Shown here in pieces: positions 20,570 to 29,677 of a stretch of 64,000 nucleotides of DNA (positions within the stretch are counted from its first letter, which is position 1; each line of letters starts with the position of its first letter). This DNA comes from Polyangia bacterium. Its GTDB lineage: Bacteria > Myxococcota_A > Polyangia > Nannocystales > Nannocystaceae. The notes under the pieces are model-generated. The model was given only the letters and a program-made list of their open reading frames with translations. It was not told where the DNA came from and ran no database searches. The stretch lies in assembly GCA_030429545.1 (NCBI GenBank), contig JAUIFF010000001.1:147599-211598 (forward strand), written 5' to 3'. Made by a program: the position numbers and the translations under genes.

Positions 20570-21784
20570 CTACGTCGACCCGACACGCGCGCGGGCCGGA
20601 CGGACTTTGGCATCGACCCGCAGCCCGTTGTCGAGCCACCTGCGCGCAGCCTGTTGCCCGGCTTCGTACATCGACAACAGCGCGTTGCGCTCGAAGTAGA
20701 GGTACGACCCGGCGTTGAACAGCGCGCTCGAGTTCGGCCGGATCGGGGTCAGGAGTTCGACCCGCGACAGACCTTCCTCGAGCAACCTGTCCGCAAGTTC
20801 GTTGCGCGCCAGCAGCAGTTTGCGATCGATGGTGTAGGCATTTTCCAGCAGGGTGTCGACGAGTCGCTCGAGCGCGTTGCCAAAGCTGTGGAGTTTGCGG
20901 TCTGGATTGCCCTTAACCGTGACCAGCACCGGCACGATCCGTTTGGCCCCGAGCGCAACCACGGGCGCCATCGGCGAATTGACGAGTAAGCCACCGTCCC
21001 ACAGCGTGTCACCTTGTATCTGCACAGGGTTGAACAACAGCGGAATCGAGGCGCTGGCAACCAACATGTCGAGGGTCAAAACCGGCTCGTAGCGATAGTG
21101 TTTGACCGTGGCCTGGGGCCGTTTGCGGGGCGGGTGGTTGACGATCCGCACCACTTCGCCGGTGGCGGCATTGACCGTGTTGATCGCCAGCTTCACCCCC
21201 GTCTGCACCAGCCGGTTGGCACCGAGTGCACGGGCGAGGCGATCGCGAAATGGGGCTGTGTCGAACAGGTGGGTGGTGGCGATGCCGTCGAGGACTTCGC
21301 TAAAGTTGTCGAACCGGGCGGTCAGCAAAAACTCGAGCGCAAGTGCATACTGTCCGGAAGTTCGGTGCCAGCGGTGCTTTCGCAACAGGTCGCCAAAGAT
21401 CCGAAACTCCCGGCGCCGACGCTTGATCCCCCGCAGCGGTTCGCGGACCGCGATCTTTGCGAGCGTTGTCCACAGGCTGCTAAAGAAGGTCGCGTTGGCG
21501 CGGATCGGCGGGCTGTCGGCGATGTCGAGCCAAAACTCGAGGATGTCCTCGGGGCTGAGGCCGGCCGCAATCAGGGCGCCGTTGAGGGCCCCGGCCGAGG
21601 TTCCGCTGATCGCGGTCGGCAGGGCGCCATCGAACCCACGTGGATCTTCGTGGAGGACTTTCCATACGCCGACTTGAAAGGCCCCGCGCGCGCCTCCGCC
21701 TGACAAAACCAGCCCGGTGGGCATGCCGTGGCGCGGATGTAAATTTGGGGTACCAGACAGGGGTAGCGAATTCGCATCGGGCAT
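20570..21784 (-). CDS. Patatin-like phospholipase
   Basis: Track ORF to 22063 probably over-extended; start refined to MPDANS (21784) or MPTGLV (21724). GGGARG oxyanion motif and GTSAG (GxSxG) nucleophile elbow. Confidence 0.75.
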   Translation of the reverse strand: MPDANSLPLSGTPNLHPRHGMPTGLVLSGGGARGAFQVGVWKVLHEDPRGFDGALPTAISGTSAGALNGALIAAGLSPEDILEFWLDIADSPPIRANATFFSSLWTTLAKIAVREPLRGIKRRRREFRIFGDLLRKHRWHRTSGQYALALEFLLTARFDNFSEVLDGIATTHLFDTAPFRDRLARALGANRLVQTGVKLAINTVNAATGEVVRIVNHPPRKRPQATVKHYRYEPVLTLDMLVASASIPLLFNPVQIQGDTLWDGGLLVNSPMAPVVALGAKRIVPVLVTVKGNPDRKLHSFGNALERLVDTLLENAYTIDRKLLLARNELADRLLEEGLSRVELLTPIRPNSSALFNAGSYLYFERNALLSMYEAGQQAARRWLDNGLRVDAKVRPARARVGST

Positions 21785-21882
21785 CGACAACGCACACCAT
21801 ACAGCCTGCGGCGCGCGTTGTCTCGGTTCGCTCGGGTCGCTTGGACTCGCCCCTACTTCGACCGGGCTGATAGGGTGGGTGG

Positions 21883-22920
21883 GTGAACAACCCCGTGCGC
21901 CCAGCCGATCCCGACGCGATCCGTGAAGCGGCGGGACTGTTGCGGGCTGGAGCACTGGTCGCGTTTCCGACGGAGACGGTCTACGGCCTCGGTGCATGTG
22001 CCCTCGACATCCGCGCGGTCGGGCGGATCTTTGCCGCCAAGGGACGGCCGCCCGACAATCCATTGATCATACATGTTTCGTGCCTCGACGACATCACCCC
22101 CGAGGTTGCCTCGGTGCCGGAGGTTGCCAAACAGCTGGCGGCCAGGTGGTGGCCTGGCCCGCTCACGCTGGTGATGCCGCGTGGACCCCGGGTGCCGGAT
22201 ATCGTCACCGCCGGGTTGGCAACTGTGGCCGTGCGGGTCCCGGCCCATCCGGTTGCGCTCGAGCTGCTGCGGGCAGTGGGCGCGCCCGTGGCTGCGCCAT
22301 CGGCAAATCGCAGTGGACGGCCCAGCCCGACCCAGGCGCAACATGTGGCCGACGACCTCGGCGACCGGGTGGCGATGATCCTCGATGGCGGGGCGACCCA
22401 GGTCGGCATTGAGTCAACGGTTTTAGATGTCACATCAGACAGGCCGATGATCCTGCGCCGCGGCTCGGTGACACTCGCAGATCTCGAGTCGTGCCTGGGT
22501 GTGGGGGCTGTCGACTCGGTGAACATACACAAAGATCGGGAGGCGGCCCGTCGCTCCCCCGGCCTGCGCCATCGCCACTACGCACCGACGGCCAGCGTGA
22601 CCCTGTGCCAACCCAAAACGGCCGAGGCACTTGCAAGCGAAGCGTTGCGGCGGGGCGAGATCGTGGCCGTACTGATCCGCGGCGAAGTAGGCCAGACCAC
22701 CCTGTGTTTGCCGGAGAGGTTAGACAAAGAGCGGACCAACCGGGTGCTCATGCCCCACGCTGCGATCGACTACGCCCGCGAACTGTTTGGCTGTTTGCGG
22801 GCGCTCGACCGCCTAGGGGCCGGGGCCCTGTTTATCGAAGAAGTGCCCCGCGATGGGCTCGGCGGGCCGATCATGGACCGTCTCGAACGTGCCGCCGAGG
22901 GCAGTGGCCAGCCGCGTTGA
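21883..22920 (+). CDS. tsaC: L-threonylcarbamoyladenylate synthase (Sua5/YrdC type, with C-terminal Sua5 domain)
   Basis: 345 aa. YrdC-fold N-terminal half (LVAFPTETVYGLGACA, SANRSGRPSPT) plus a Sua5 C-terminal extension. Confidence 0.85.
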   Translation: MNNPVRPADPDAIREAAGLLRAGALVAFPTETVYGLGACALDIRAVGRIFAAKGRPPDNPLIIHVSCLDDITPEVASVPEVAKQLAARWWPGPLTLVMPRGPRVPDIVTAGLATVAVRVPAHPVALELLRAVGAPVAAPSANRSGRPSPTQAQHVADDLGDRVAMILDGGATQVGIESTVLDVTSDRPMILRRGSVTLADLESCLGVGAVDSVNIHKDREAARRSPGLRHRHYAPTASVTLCQPKTAEALASEALRRGEIVAVLIRGEVGQTTLCLPERLDKERTNRVLMPHAAIDYARELFGCLRALDRLGAGALFIEEVPRDGLGGPIMDRLERAAEGSGQPR

Positions 22921-22966
22921 GCCCTGGGATGCCGGTACACCCGTGGTAAACCGACGGGCGACACCT

Positions 22967-24313
22967 ATGGACGGCGCCGCCAACAACCCGGATAGGAGTC
23001 GACTGCACTGGCCCGTGCGCGTCGGCGTGGGGGTGGTGTTGGCATTGGTGTCGAGCCGTGCAGCTGCAAGTTTCGCGGAGCCTGTGCGCGCGCCAGTTGT
23101 CGAGGTCGCTGTGGTCGACGATCCGTCGGACATCGATGAGCGGATGGCGACAACCCTCGCGGCCCACTTTCAGACCCACGGTTTGGCCCAGGAGGTCAAA
23201 CGCACCCCGGTCGCGACGCCGGCCGAGTTGATGCAACAGGGTCGCGGGCAAATGGCCACGCGGGCGGACCAGGTCGCCTCGGTGTGGGTACACGTAAAAC
23301 CGGCAACTTCTGAGCAGCCCGGTGTGCTTCGACTCTACGTGTATCTGCAAGGTGCTGATGGCCTGGTTGGTCGCGAAGTTGCCTTGCCACGGGGGGAGAC
23401 CGCAGCGAGCCTCGAGGCCATGGCCAATGTAGCGACTGCGGTTGTGGCTGCGATTGGCGAACAGGCGCGCAGCCAAGCGACTGCCGAGGACGTCGCTGGG
23501 ACCACAAAAACTCCAGCAACCGAAGATGTCGGCGAGGGTGGACTTGTCGGCGAGGACCTGGGGCTGTTGCCAGTTTCCCAGACCGGGGAGTTGGTCGAGC
23601 GCAAGCCTGAAACACCCGATAGGCCGGCAACCACAGCCGAGCAGCCCGCCAACGCGGCGACGACCGAGCAAAAACCACCTGCTGCTGTGTCGAGCCGTGA
23701 GCGACCCACCGAGCCACGCGAGCCACGCGAGACAAGCCAAGCCGAGGTCAAGGGCCCACCGCGCTTGCAGTTGTCGCTGGGCTACGTCGGCAACACCTTT
23801 GCCCGGCCGATCCCCTGGCAAAGTGGGCTCGGCCTCCAGGTTGGGTTTTTGCTGACCCCGGCGGCCTTTATCGGGCTTGGCTACGAAGTTGTTGTACCAT
23901 CAAGAGTTGATGCGCTCGGCGTTCAAACAGTCCTGCGCCGGCATCCGATCATCGTCGAGGGGGGGTATCGCATAGGGCTTGGTAAGGGCGGGCACTGGGA
24001 CATCGGTTTGGGCGCGCGGCTGAGCCTCGACCCAATTTTGCGGACCGCGCGGGCGATGGAAATGGCACCGGTGATGGCCAATCAACGGAGCATCCGGCTG
24101 TTTTCGAGTCTCGGACCCCAGGTGTCGCTGGGCTACAGCCCGGTTTCGCCGGTGCGGATGAGCCTGTGTCTCGGGCTCGATGTCCTACTTTCCCGGGCGC
24201 AATACCGGGCCTACACGCCCGCGCCCACAACCCTTGTCGATCCCCATCCGCTCCGGTTTGTCGCCGGATTTCGTTTAGATTTTAGTATGTTGCGAAGGCC
24301 AAAGAAAAAGTGA
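22967..24313 (+). CDS. Secreted hypothetical protein with Pro/Thr/Glu-rich linker and Gly/Leu-rich C-terminal domain
   Basis: Start refined to MDGAANNPDRSRLHWPVRVGVGVVLALVSSRAAASFA (signal peptide). C-terminal 180 aa rich in G/L/V/R (possible beta-rich or outer-membrane domain). No family recognised. Confidence 0.5.
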   Translation: MDGAANNPDRSRLHWPVRVGVGVVLALVSSRAAASFAEPVRAPVVEVAVVDDPSDIDERMATTLAAHFQTHGLAQEVKRTPVATPAELMQQGRGQMATRADQVASVWVHVKPATSEQPGVLRLYVYLQGADGLVGREVALPRGETAASLEAMANVATAVVAAIGEQARSQATAEDVAGTTKTPATEDVGEGGLVGEDLGLLPVSQTGELVERKPETPDRPATTAEQPANAATTEQKPPAAVSSRERPTEPREPRETSQAEVKGPPRLQLSLGYVGNTFARPIPWQSGLGLQVGFLLTPAAFIGLGYEVVVPSRVDALGVQTVLRRHPIIVEGGYRIGLGKGGHWDIGLGARLSLDPILRTARAMEMAPVMANQRSIRLFSSLGPQVSLGYSPVSPVRMSLCLGLDVLLSRAQYRAYTPAPTTLVDPHPLRFVAGFRLDFSMLRRPKKK

Positions 24314-24693
24314 CCCGGTTGGCTGCCGGCGGGACACTATGGAGATATGGCCTGCTGCCAACAATCTTCGGTTTGGTCACCAAGGCAAGTGCCGGAAAAG
24401 CGGGCCAACGGGCCGGTCGCCGCGGGCTTGTCCCACCTGTGTGCGTGCCAGATTGTGAGGTTGGCGTGAAGGCGGCTACGGCCATGGGCTTGGAAGTTGG
24501 CGACGCGATCCTGCCGAGCCGCTGGCTGGCCGCCGCACAGTCGTGGCTGCAGGCCGTTGTGCAAAAACATGCTCATACATGTATGCCGTGGCGAGACGGC
24601 CAGTTTGCACCCATCCTCGCTGCGAGCCTGCGCAACCCCGCGGCCGCGAACGCGGAGCAAGCGTCAGGGACAACTGTCAATCTCGAGGTGGAG

Positions 24694-25257
24694 ATGGCAC
24701 GTCGGGCCGGGGAGGGCGATGCCCGGGCGCAGTCGTGGTTGATGCGGCGGGTGTTGCCCGGTGTACGTCGGGTCGCTCGCACCTTTTTTGGCTCCGCAGC
24801 CGAGGCCGACGATGCCGCTCAGATCTGTTTGATGGCGATTTTGAAGGCCGCTGGGCAATTTCGCGGGGATGCCAGCCTCGATACGTGGGCGCGCCGGATC
24901 GCGGTGCGGACCACCCTGAAGTACGCCAGGCGTGAACGCCGGCTGCGACCGGTGGCAGCCGAGTCGTCGTCACACCAAAAAGTTGTCGACGCCGGCCCCG
25001 GACCGCAAAACACAACGCTGGTCAACGATTTGCGGGTGTACCTCGGAGGCCTGTCGGAGGTTCAACGCGAGGCGGTTTTGCTGCACCACGGGCTTGGCCA
25101 CTCGCTGGCGGAGATCGCCGACATAACCGGTGCAAGTACAAATACTGTAAAAAGTCGACTGCGTCTCGCAATGGCGGCCCTGCGCAAACGTATGCGCCAG
25201 GAGTCGCAGCTGTTCCAGATCCGGGAGCAACGGGGGAAGGGGGAGGGCCGTGGCTGA
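24694..25257 (+). CDS. ECF-family RNA polymerase sigma factor
   Basis: Start refined to ATG 24694 (GGTGGAG RBS). Region 2 (RVARTFFGSAAEADDAAQICLMAILK...WARRIAVRTTLKYARRER) and region 4 HTH (LSEVQREAVLLHHGLGHSLAEIADITGASTNTVKSRLRLA). 188 aa. Confidence 0.85.
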   Translation: MARRAGEGDARAQSWLMRRVLPGVRRVARTFFGSAAEADDAAQICLMAILKAAGQFRGDASLDTWARRIAVRTTLKYARRERRLRPVAAESSSHQKVVDAGPGPQNTTLVNDLRVYLGGLSEVQREAVLLHHGLGHSLAEIADITGASTNTVKSRLRLAMAALRKRMRQESQLFQIREQRGKGEGRG

Positions 25258-26197
25258 TGCGCACAACATCGAGGAGATGCTCAGCGAGCTCGGCCAACCG
25301 CTGGCGGGCGAGCTTTCCGATGCTCAGCTGGTCGAGGCCACGCTTTCGCGGTTTGCCAACCCCGAAACTGCGGCGTTGCTCGAGCAGCTCGAGCAGACGT
25401 CACTGGCTGCGGAGCCGAGCCCAAAGCCCCGCCGACGCGGCCTGTGGATCGGGCTGGCGGTTGCCGCACTATTTGTACTTGCATTTAGTTTGTACAACGG
25501 CGGTCTGAGCCTGCTTCAGGGGGACACAAGCGTCCACGGCTCGGCGGCTTCGATGAACACCGACAGTGAGCACGTCCCCCGGGCGGTGACCTCAAAAGCC
25601 CAACCGGTGCCACAGACGTCTCGCCGCGTTGTCGCCCCCGAGCCCGAGCCCGCGACCGACCCTCGCTCGGTGGCCACTGGCGAAACCGACAACCCGGAGC
25701 CGACCGGCGAGCCGAATGAGCCAACCGGCGAACAGGCTGGGTCCGAGCAGCAAACAGGACCCGAGGTCAGCGGCGACACGACGCCCGAACCCACACCGCT
25801 TTCGCCCGACGAGTTGTTGCAACGGGCCCAACAGGCGCTGGCGAAGGGCCGCACGCGGCGGGCAAAAAAGATGTACCAGCAATTGATTTCACAATATCCC
25901 GATTCGCGTGAGGCGAGGGTTACGCGGGTCACCCTCGGGCGCATGGCACTGGCGGCAGGGCAGTATCAAACCGCCTTGCGGTCGTTTGAGCGCTACCTCA
26001 AAGGTGGTGATGGTCCCCTGCGCGAAGAGGCGGAAATCGGTCGGATCCAGGCCCTTGGGAAACTCGGGCGAAGCCAAGCCGAGCGCGCAGCGATCGCAGC
26101 ATTCTTGGGCGATCCGGCACGGGCCAACAGCCTCTACCGGGGTCGACTTGAGCGGCGGTTAAAAGCATTGGCAGGTGAGGAAAAAAGTGGCCTCTAA
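25250..26197 (+). CDS. Putative anti-sigma factor (single-pass membrane protein with periplasmic TPR-like domain)
   Basis: Overlaps the ECF sigma stop by 8 nt. N-terminal cytoplasmic segment, TM helix LWIGLAVAALFVLAFSLY, Pro/Glu-rich linker and a C-terminal helical repeat region. Confidence 0.65.
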   Translation: MADAHNIEEMLSELGQPLAGELSDAQLVEATLSRFANPETAALLEQLEQTSLAAEPSPKPRRRGLWIGLAVAALFVLAFSLYNGGLSLLQGDTSVHGSAASMNTDSEHVPRAVTSKAQPVPQTSRRVVAPEPEPATDPRSVATGETDNPEPTGEPNEPTGEQAGSEQQTGPEVSGDTTPEPTPLSPDELLQRAQQALAKGRTRRAKKMYQQLISQYPDSREARVTRVTLGRMALAAGQYQTALRSFERYLKGGDGPLREEAEIGRIQALGKLGRSQAERAAIAAFLGDPARANSLYRGRLERRLKALAGEEKSGL

Positions 26198-26786
26198 GCT
26201 GGCGGAGAATCCCTCCACCCGAGGTCGTGGGCGGCTGGCTCACAAGTCCCTTAAAGCAGTCTGGTCTGTTTGCCTAGTTCTATCGTTGGCGTTTGCGACC
26301 TTCGCCTGCACGTTGCCCGAGGATGTGGTGGTCGGCACAAAACCGGGGCCAGGGGCAACCCCGGTTGATCTCCCCTGTGGGCTCGACCCTTGTATTTGCA
26401 CGGACTTTAGCTGCGCCCAGGAGTGCGAGGCTCCGGAGCAACGCCTGTGCCGGTTTGAGTGCGCCCAAACGGCCGAGTGCAATGCCCGGTGTCAGGGCGG
26501 TGATTGTTCGAGTTTGTGCCGCGAGGATGCCCAGTGCGAGCTTTCATGTGTCGGCGGCGGTTGTGTAGCCGAATGCGCGCCCGGTGCAGATTGCCTGATG
26601 GATTGCCCCGGGGGCGGATGTTCGATGGTGTGTCGGGAGACGGCGCGGTGCCATATCGATTGCCCCGGCGGAGACTGCCTGATCGACTGCTTGGGGCCCG
26701 AAAAGTGCACAATCGCCGGTTGTGACGGGAGTTGTTCGGTCAACTGTGGGGCGATGCCCTGTGGCCCACCACCGCCGCCACCCTAG
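26175..26786 (+). CDS. Cys-rich repeat lipoprotein (CxGGxC repeats) in the ECF sigma module
   Basis: Signal/lipobox VCLVLSLAFATFAC. About 13-14-aa Cys-rich repeats (CQGGDCSSLC, CVGGGCVAEC, CPGGGCSMVC, CPGGDCLIDC). Poly-Pro C-terminus. Overlaps the anti-sigma gene end by 23 nt. Confidence 0.6.
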   Translation: MRKKVASKLAENPSTRGRGRLAHKSLKAVWSVCLVLSLAFATFACTLPEDVVVGTKPGPGATPVDLPCGLDPCICTDFSCAQECEAPEQRLCRFECAQTAECNARCQGGDCSSLCREDAQCELSCVGGGCVAECAPGADCLMDCPGGGCSMVCRETARCHIDCPGGDCLIDCLGPEKCTIAGCDGSCSVNCGAMPCGPPPPPP

Positions 26787-27080
26787 TCAGCCAGTGGATG
26801 TTCGCGACCCGGCGCTTCGCTTGTCTCTTGAGACATGTTTGAGCTCGTACACTTGAAGTAGACCCACGACAACAGCGTTTTAAGAGCCGCTGGCCCGACC
26901 ACAACTCCCGACGCGAGGCGGGGCGACGCGCGGGAAAGCCAATGACTACTCGTGTGCGAGGCCCGTTCGCACGCAGGTTAGGTGGTTTTTGAGGCAGGTC
27001 TTTCGCGGGCGCGCAGGCCCTTAAAAAAATGTCATGTCTCTTTGGACATGTTGTTTGGTAGCCTCGGGCGAGGGCTTGAT

Positions 27081-28355
27081 ATGCGCAATTGGTCGGTTGT
27101 TTCGGGGTGGGTTTTCGGTTTCGGACTTGTGTGTTCGGGGTGTTCTGGTGGTGATGGCGATACGCGCACGAGCGCAACGCTCGGGATGACGACGGTCACG
27201 CCGACCACCACCACCGCGACGATGACGACGGACGTTGGGACGACCGACATGGAAACCGGTGACCCGACCGCAGGTAGTGAAACCGACGGGACGACCGAGG
27301 TGATGACCACGGATCCGAGCGACTCGGAGTCGGAGTCGGAGTCGGAGTCGGACTCCGACGTCACGGCCGGTATGCTGTGTGGCGACGGGAATGTCGACGA
27401 TGGCGAGGAGTGTGACGACGGCAATCTCGACGACAATGATGCCTGTACAAGCATGTGCCTGAATGCGACCTGTGGCGATGGTTTGGTCAACGAAGGTGTC
27501 GAAGAGTGTGACGACGGCAACATGATCGACACCGACACGTGTACGTCGGCCTGTGTGGCAGCGACCTGTGGTGATGGCATCGTCCACGAGGGGGTTGAGG
27601 CCTGCGATGATGGCAATGACGTCGACGACGACGAGTGCTCGAATGCCTGTGCCTCGGCGAGTTGTGGCGACGGCCAGGTACAGCCTGGCGAGGAGTGCGA
27701 CGACGGAAACGATGTCGATACCGACATGTGTCTCTCGACTTGTCTCAACGCGACCTGTGGCGACGGCTTTGTCCAAGACGGGGTTGAGCAGTGCGATGAC
27801 GGTATGGAGACCGCCGAGTGCAACGCCGATTGCACACCAGCTTCATGCGGCGACGGTCAGGTGAATATGGCCGCGGGGGAGACATGCGACGACCAAAATG
27901 ATGTCAACACCGATAGCTGTGTGTCGTGCCAAGATGCCGTGTGCGGCGACGGTTTTGTCCAAGCCGGTGTCGAGGAATGCGATGACGGCAACGTGAACCC
28001 GGGTGACGGCTGCGACGAAGTCTGTATAGCGGAGTGCGCCAACATCGGCGAGGGCAACCTCATGGCCGAAAACGGCACCAACATGGGGGTTTTCTACTGC
28101 TACAACCAGGGAGACTCGATCGACACCCGCGCCCGCAAAGCCTGCCACTCGCACTTCGGGATCGGCAACTGTTGCATCATCCAAGGAGGCTACAACAGCT
28201 TGCAGTGGGGCGAGTGTAACCAGGGTGGTGGCAACGGCACCTATCACTGGCACCCAGATTCCCACCCCAATGGGCACTGCGCACCGTTTTATGTCCCGGG
28301 CGATGTCGTCAGCCCTGGGTGGTGCGGCACCATCACCGGTAGCTTCTTAGACTGA
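27081..28355 (+). CDS. Lipoprotein with Myxococcus-type cysteine-rich repeats ([13 protein letters not shown])
   Basis: Start refined to [23 protein letters not shown]. At least 7 copies of the CGDGxVxxGxExCDDGN repeat typical of myxobacterial secreted proteins. (SE)n and Thr-rich linker. Cys/Gly-rich C-terminal domain. Confidence 0.8.
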   Translation: MRNWSVVSGWVFGFGLVCSGCSGGDGDTRTSATLGMTTVTPTTTTATMTTDVGTTDMETGDPTAGSETDGTTEVMTTDPSDSESESESESDSDVTAGMLCGDGNVDDGEECDDGNLDDNDACTSMCLNATCGDGLVNEGVEECDDGNMIDTDTCTSACVAATCGDGIVHEGVEACDDGNDVDDDECSNACASASCGDGQVQPGEECDDGNDVDTDMCLSTCLNATCGDGFVQDGVEQCDDGMETAECNADCTPASCGDGQVNMAAGETCDDQNDVNTDSCVSCQDAVCGDGFVQAGVEECDDGNVNPGDGCDEVCIAECANIGEGNLMAENGTNMGVFYCYNQGDSIDTRARKACHSHFGIGNCCIIQGGYNSLQWGECNQGGGNGTYHWHPDSHPNGHCAPFYVPGDVVSPGWCGTITGSFLD

Positions 28356-28784
28356 GGTCTCACAAGGGCCAGCGTCACCTCGCCTGCAAAGGGTGTGCGC
28401 ACCCCCAGGCGGGGCCTGCTCGAACGGGCAGACGCACACTCTTGCGTCGACCGCACGGGCCTGTGAGACATAGGTGGCCACGGGATGGACAAACAACATG
28501 TCGATACAGTGTGAGCAGCCGATGCCTGCACTCTACAGCGGTCGGCGGCAACTCTGGGAAAGATGCAGATACAATCTATCGAAACAGTCGTCGAGCGAGC
28601 AGGGCGTGGATCGGGGATGCGGGCACAGCTGAGCCAGCGTCAACGGGCAGGCGAGGCTCGGAGTACGCGTCAGGTAAACAGCGGTCGCGTGGGTCCGTTC
28701 GTGGCGAGCGACCCTTAAACTGCAAGCGGGGCCGAGTGGCCCCGCTCAAACAACTTGTTGGTACAACAACTGCGCAGCGGGCTG

Positions 28785-29549
28785 CTAGGCGACCGTGTAG
28801 TAGGTTCCCCGGCCCATGCCGTGGCGCTGGAGGTGGTCGTTTTTGACGAGCTGGCCGATGTGGAAGCGAAGTTTGCGGCGACCCATGCCGGTGGCATTTT
28901 CGAGTTCTTGCATGGTGGCACGCTCGAGTTTTTCGACGATCGGCACCAGCAGCTCGGCGGCCTCTGAAAGGCTAAGTGCCTCTGTGGCTGCGGGTTTGTT
29001 GCGCGTGGAGGTGCGCTTTTTGGAGGTCTTTTTGCTGCGAGGTGCCGGCGCGGGCTCCTCGTCGTCTTCCTCGTCGACGTACTCGTACTCGTATTCGTAC
29101 TCGTCGTCGTCGTCGGCATCGCCGTCGTCCTCGTCGACATATTCGTACTCGTACTCGTATTCGTACTCGTACTCGTATTCCTCGTCTTCGTCCTGCTCGG
29201 CCTCGACTGGCTCCCCAACCGCCGAGACTTCTTCAACCTCTTCAACCTCTTCAACCTCGTCGTCTTCGGCCGCGACGGCGAGCTTGAGTTGGGGCGGGGG
29301 GCTTACGCGCTCGCGGGTTTCGCCGGAGCCGTCGTTCAGCAGGGCGTCGGCGAGCTCTTCGAGGCACATCTCGCCAAGGTGGCCACCCCACCCAAGCGCT
29401 TGTGCAGCGTCGATGACATCCCCGAGGGTTGTCTCTTCGCCTAGGTCTTCGGCGATAGCCTCGAGCACGGCGCGGCGCTGCTCGGCGACTAAATGCTGCT
29501 CGAAGTGCTCCTCAAACTGTCGTGACTGCTGGGACTGCACGGCGCGCAA
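28785..29549 (-). CDS. Highly acidic protein with (EY)n and (EEV)n repeats and a C-terminal winged-helix-like domain
   Basis: 254 aa. Strong GC3 bias on the minus strand; the overlapping plus-strand ORF is poly-Ser low-complexity. EVEEVEEVEEV and EYEYEYEYEYEYV runs. C-terminal LSEAAELLVPIVEKLERATMQELENATGMGRRKLRFHIGQLVKNDHLQRHGMGRGTYYTV resembles a wHTH. Confidence 0.6.
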   Translation of the reverse strand: MRAVQSQQSRQFEEHFEQHLVAEQRRAVLEAIAEDLGEETTLGDVIDAAQALGWGGHLGEMCLEELADALLNDGSGETRERVSPPPQLKLAVAAEDDEVEEVEEVEEVSAVGEPVEAEQDEDEEYEYEYEYEYEYEYVDEDDGDADDDDEYEYEYEYVDEEDDEEPAPAPRSKKTSKKRTSTRNKPAATEALSLSEAAELLVPIVEKLERATMQELENATGMGRRKLRFHIGQLVKNDHLQRHGMGRGTYYTVA

Positions 29550-29677
29550 TATAGCAACCTCAACGAAGTTCGCTGCCCTACAGGTGCACCGGTGATGTGC
29601 GTCGGCCCACCAAACGCCGCCAACGACAAAACCTGCCGGACTCGGCCGGCAGGCCCGTATCGCTGCACAGGTTCGGC

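Noticed and set aside
21014-21703. 229-aa and 191-aa plus-strand ORFs antisense to the patatin gene
   Set aside because: The patatin frame carries the GGGARG and GTSAG motifs. The antisense frames are Arg/Gly-rich.
22853-22966. N-terminal extension of the 22853 ORF overlapping the tsaC 3' end
   Set aside because: The first Met followed by a signal peptide (MDGAANN...VLALVSSRAAASFA) at 22967 is the plausible start. The upstream part is the overlapping tail of the track ORF.
27021-27835. 251-aa and 267-aa minus-strand ORFs opposite the Myxo Cys-repeat lipoprotein
   Set aside because: They mirror the repeat structure (His/Thr/Val-rich) but lack a signal or domain. The sense strand has a lipobox and the canonical CGDG..CDDGN repeats.
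28816-29595. 259-aa plus-strand poly-Ser ORF overlapping the acidic EY-repeat gene
   Set aside because: Poly-Ser/Tyr/Thr low complexity and poor GC3. The minus strand shows strong codon bias and a structured C-terminal domain.
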